39,834 nt of DNA. Source: Gemmatimonadota bacterium. GTDB lineage: Bacteria; Gemmatimonadota; Gemmatimonadetes; JACCXV01. The translations under genes were made by a program, and so were the position numbers. The notes under the pieces were generated by a model, which saw only the letters and a program-made list of their open reading frames with translations, did no database searches and was not told the origin of the DNA. Location: positions 1 to 39,834 of the forward strand of contig JBHENL010000060.1 in the NCBI GenBank assembly GCA_046262075.1, read 5' to 3'. Below, one piece after another: positions 37,878 to 39,834 of this stretch. How positions within the stretch are numbered: position 1 is the first letter of the stretch; each line of letters begins with the position of its first letter.

Positions 37878-39834
37878 GTGAGCGTCGAGCCCACCACGCT
37901 CCCGCTGCGCGACGTTCCGCAGGGACGCCGGCTGCCGCAGTCCGTCGAAGCCGAGGTCGCCGTATTGGGTGCGATGCTGCTCGATCCGGCGGCGATCGGG
38001 CGCGCGGTGGAAGCGAACCTGCGCGAGGACGACTTCGTGCCGGTCGCGCACCGCGTGATCTTCCGCGCCGTCCTGCGGCTCTACGACCGCCGGCAGGCGG
38101 TGGATCCGGTGACCCTGAAGGAGGAGCTGCGACGCAGCGGCGACCTGGAGCGCGCCGGCGGCGACCCCTATCTGGGCGAGGTGATCGCCTCGGTGCCGAC
38201 GATCGCCAACGTGGAGCACCACGCGCGGATCGTCCTCGACAACTCCACGAAGCGCAAGCTGATCAACGTCGGGACCCAGATCGTGGCGGACGCCTACGAG
38301 CGTCCGGAGGACGCCGACGTGCTGCTCGACCAGTCCGAGAAGCGGATCTTCGAGATCGCGGAGCGGCGGCTGCGCGAGGGCTTCGTGCCGATCAACCGGC
38401 TGCTGCACCGCACGATCGAGCTGGTCGAGAGCCTCAGCCAGAATCCCGACCGAGTCACGGGTGTGCCCTCCGGCTTCAAGGACCTCGACAACCTCACCGC
38501 CGGCTTCCAGCTCTCGGACCTGATCATCGTCGCGGGACGACCGGGGACGGGCAAGACGGCGTTCTCGCTGAACGTCGCCCAGAATGCATCGATCCGGAAG
38601 GACATTCCGGTCGCCGTCTTCAGCCTGGAGATGTCGAAGGACCAGCTCGTGCAGCGGATCCTCTCCTCCGAGGCAGGCGTGGACGCGCAGAAGATGCGCA
38701 CGGGCCATCCGTCCCGCGAGGAGTGGCAGCGCATCGTACGCGCGTGCGACCGGCTGATGAACGCCAAGATCTACATCGACGACACGCCGGGGCTCACGAT
38801 CCTCGAGATGCGCGCCAAGGCGCGGCGGCTGAAGAGCGAGATCGACCTGGGACTGGTCGTCGTGGACTACCTGCAGCTGATGGAGGTGGGGACGGGGCCG
38901 ATGCGCGCGGAGAACCGCCAGCAGGAGATCTCGATCATCTCGCGCTCGATCAAAGGCCTGGCCAAGGAGCTCAACATCCCGGTGATCGCGCTCTCGCAGC
39001 TCTCGCGAGCGCCGGAGCAGCGGGCGGATCACCGGCCGACGCTCTCGGACCTGCGGGAGTGCGTCACGGGGGAGACCCTCGTGGTGCTCACGGACGGGCG
39101 GCGGATCCCGATCGCGGAGCTCGTGGGGACGACGCCGTCGGTCTACGCGATGGCGGCGAACGGACGGATCGTGCGAGCCGTGGCGGACAGGGTCTGGCGC
39201 GTAGGCCGGCGCCCCGTCTTCGAACTGCGGCTAGCGAGTGGGCGGCGGTTGAGAGCCACGGCGAAGCACCGCGTCCTGACTCGAGAGGGTTGGAAGCGAC
39301 TCGTCGACCTGGCCCGGGGCGATCGAGTTGCGTTGGCGCGGCGCATCCCGGAGCCGCTCGAGCCGATCCGCTGGCCGGAGCAGCGCCTGATCCTTCTCGC
39401 CCACCTGATCGGTGACGGCAGCTACCTGTCCAACCAGCCCATGCGCTATGCCAGCGCCTCGGAGGAGAACAGCCTGGCGGTGGAGACCGCGGCGCGCCTC
39501 GAGTTCGGCGCGGACGTGAAGCGCCATCGCGGGCGCGGCAGGTGGCACCAGCTCCTGATCACCGGAAACGGAAATCGCTGGCATCCGGCGCGGGTGAACG
39601 AATGGTTGCGCGAACTGGGTATCTTCGGTCAGCGCTCGCACGAAAAGCGCATTCCGCGCGAGGTGTTCCGGCTGGAGAACGATCAGATCGCGACGTTCCT
39701 GCGACACTTGTGGGCGACGGACGGTACGATCTGTTTGCGGAAAGGTGGGCGCCGGCTGCAGGGAGGCATGGACTTCTGCACCTGTAGTGAAGGATTGGCC
39801 GGAGACGTGGCGGCGCTGCTCCTCAGGATGGCGA
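37878..39834 (+). CDS. dnaB: Replicative DNA helicase DnaB, interrupted by an intein (partial; runs off the window)
   Basis: GTG 37878 opens a frame with no stop to the window end, which is why it is absent from the supplied track. LPQSVEAEVAVLGAMLLDP, Walker A VAGRPGTGKTAFSLN, VVVDYLQLM, IPVIALSQLSRAPEQRADHRPTLSDLRE, then intein sequence from 39060. Confidence 0.92.
   Translation, partial: MSVEPTTLPLRDVPQGRRLPQSVEAEVAVLGAMLLDPAAIGRAVEANLREDDFVPVAHRVIFRAVLRLYDRRQAVDPVTLKEELRRSGDLERAGGDPYLGEVIASVPTIANVEHHARIVLDNSTKRKLINVGTQIVADAYERPEDADVLLDQSEKRIFEIAERRLREGFVPINRLLHRTIELVESLSQNPDRVTGVPSGFKDLDNLTAGFQLSDLIIVAGRPGTGKTAFSLNVAQNASIRKDIPVAVFSLEMSKDQLVQRILSSEAGVDAQKMRTGHPSREEWQRIVRACDRLMNAKIYIDDTPGLTILEMRAKARRLKSEIDLGLVVVDYLQLMEVGTGPMRAENRQQEISIISRSIKGLAKELNIPVIALSQLSRAPEQRADHRPTLSDLRECVTGETLVVLTDGRRIPIAELVGTTPSVYAMAANGRIVRAVADRVWRVGRRPVFELRLASGRRLRATAKHRVLTREGWKRLVDLARGDRVALARRIPEPLEPIRWPEQRLILLAHLIGDGSYLSNQPMRYASASEENSLAVETAARLEFGADVKRHRGRGRWHQLLITGNGNRWHPARVNEWLRELGIFGQRSHEKRIPREVFRLENDQIATFLRHLWATDGTICLRKGGRRLQGGMDFCTCSEGLAGDVAALLLRMA
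39060..39834 (+). mobile_element. DnaB intein with LAGLIDADG homing-endonuclease domain (N-terminal ~258 codons; C-terminal part outside window)
   Basis: Cys1 block A CVTGETLVVLTDGRRIPIAELVG. Block B RATAKHRVLT (TxxH). LAGLIDADG motifs LILLAHLIGDGSY (about 39390) and FLRHLWATDGT (about 39696). The sequence replaces the expected SG.IEQDAD continuation of DnaB motif H4. Confidence 0.88.

Overview
Very GC-rich bacterial chromosomal segment (about 70% GC by eye, not computed). It is gene-dense, mostly housekeeping, and mostly on the + strand. The supplied track is full of Arg/Ala/Pro-rich antisense and alternate-frame ORFs typical of high-GC DNA. I called genes from recognisable protein motifs, third-position GC bias and start/stop geometry. 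Order: dxs, nadK, recN, a CDP-alcohol phosphatidyltransferase, tRNA-Leu, an orphan hypothetical (-), tRNA-Cys and tRNA-Gly (-), a GAF-GGDEF cyclase (-), a lytic transglycosylase, a secreted hypothetical, aspS, then a long co-directional chain: phoH, 7TM-HD hydrolase, ybeY, two CNNM/CorC paralogs, mgtE, a GH2 glycosidase, galK, galU, recO, selB, a SPOR lipoprotein and a tiny FlgD-Ig/T9SS-CTD-like protein. After that come a minus-strand block (Zn-ribbon protein, ptsN, Omp85-like barrel), larB coupled to a DUF299 regulator, a DUF1232 protein, a class III cyclase-TolB-TPR protein (-), yicC-gmk-rpoZ-coaBC, a family-4 uracil-DNA glycosylase and dnaB. The clearest non-housekeeping element is a LAGLIDADG homing-endonuclease intein interrupting dnaB from 39060 to the window end. 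That ORF is missing from the supplied track because it has no stop inside the window. I found no CRISPR array, transposase, integrase or recognisable defence system, and no convincing novel multi-gene system. The most unusual items are odd gene couplings (larB with the DUF299 regulator, recO with selB, Mg2+ efflux plus influx genes inside the ybeY operon), a cargo-less CTD mini-protein, a probable CTG-initiated aspS and a 14-bp perfect inverted repeat in an unusually AT-rich spacer. Domain content (FlgD-Ig/T9SS-type CTD, SPOR, TolB-TPR cyclase) suggests a Gemmatimonadota/FCB-like lineage. That is inference only.
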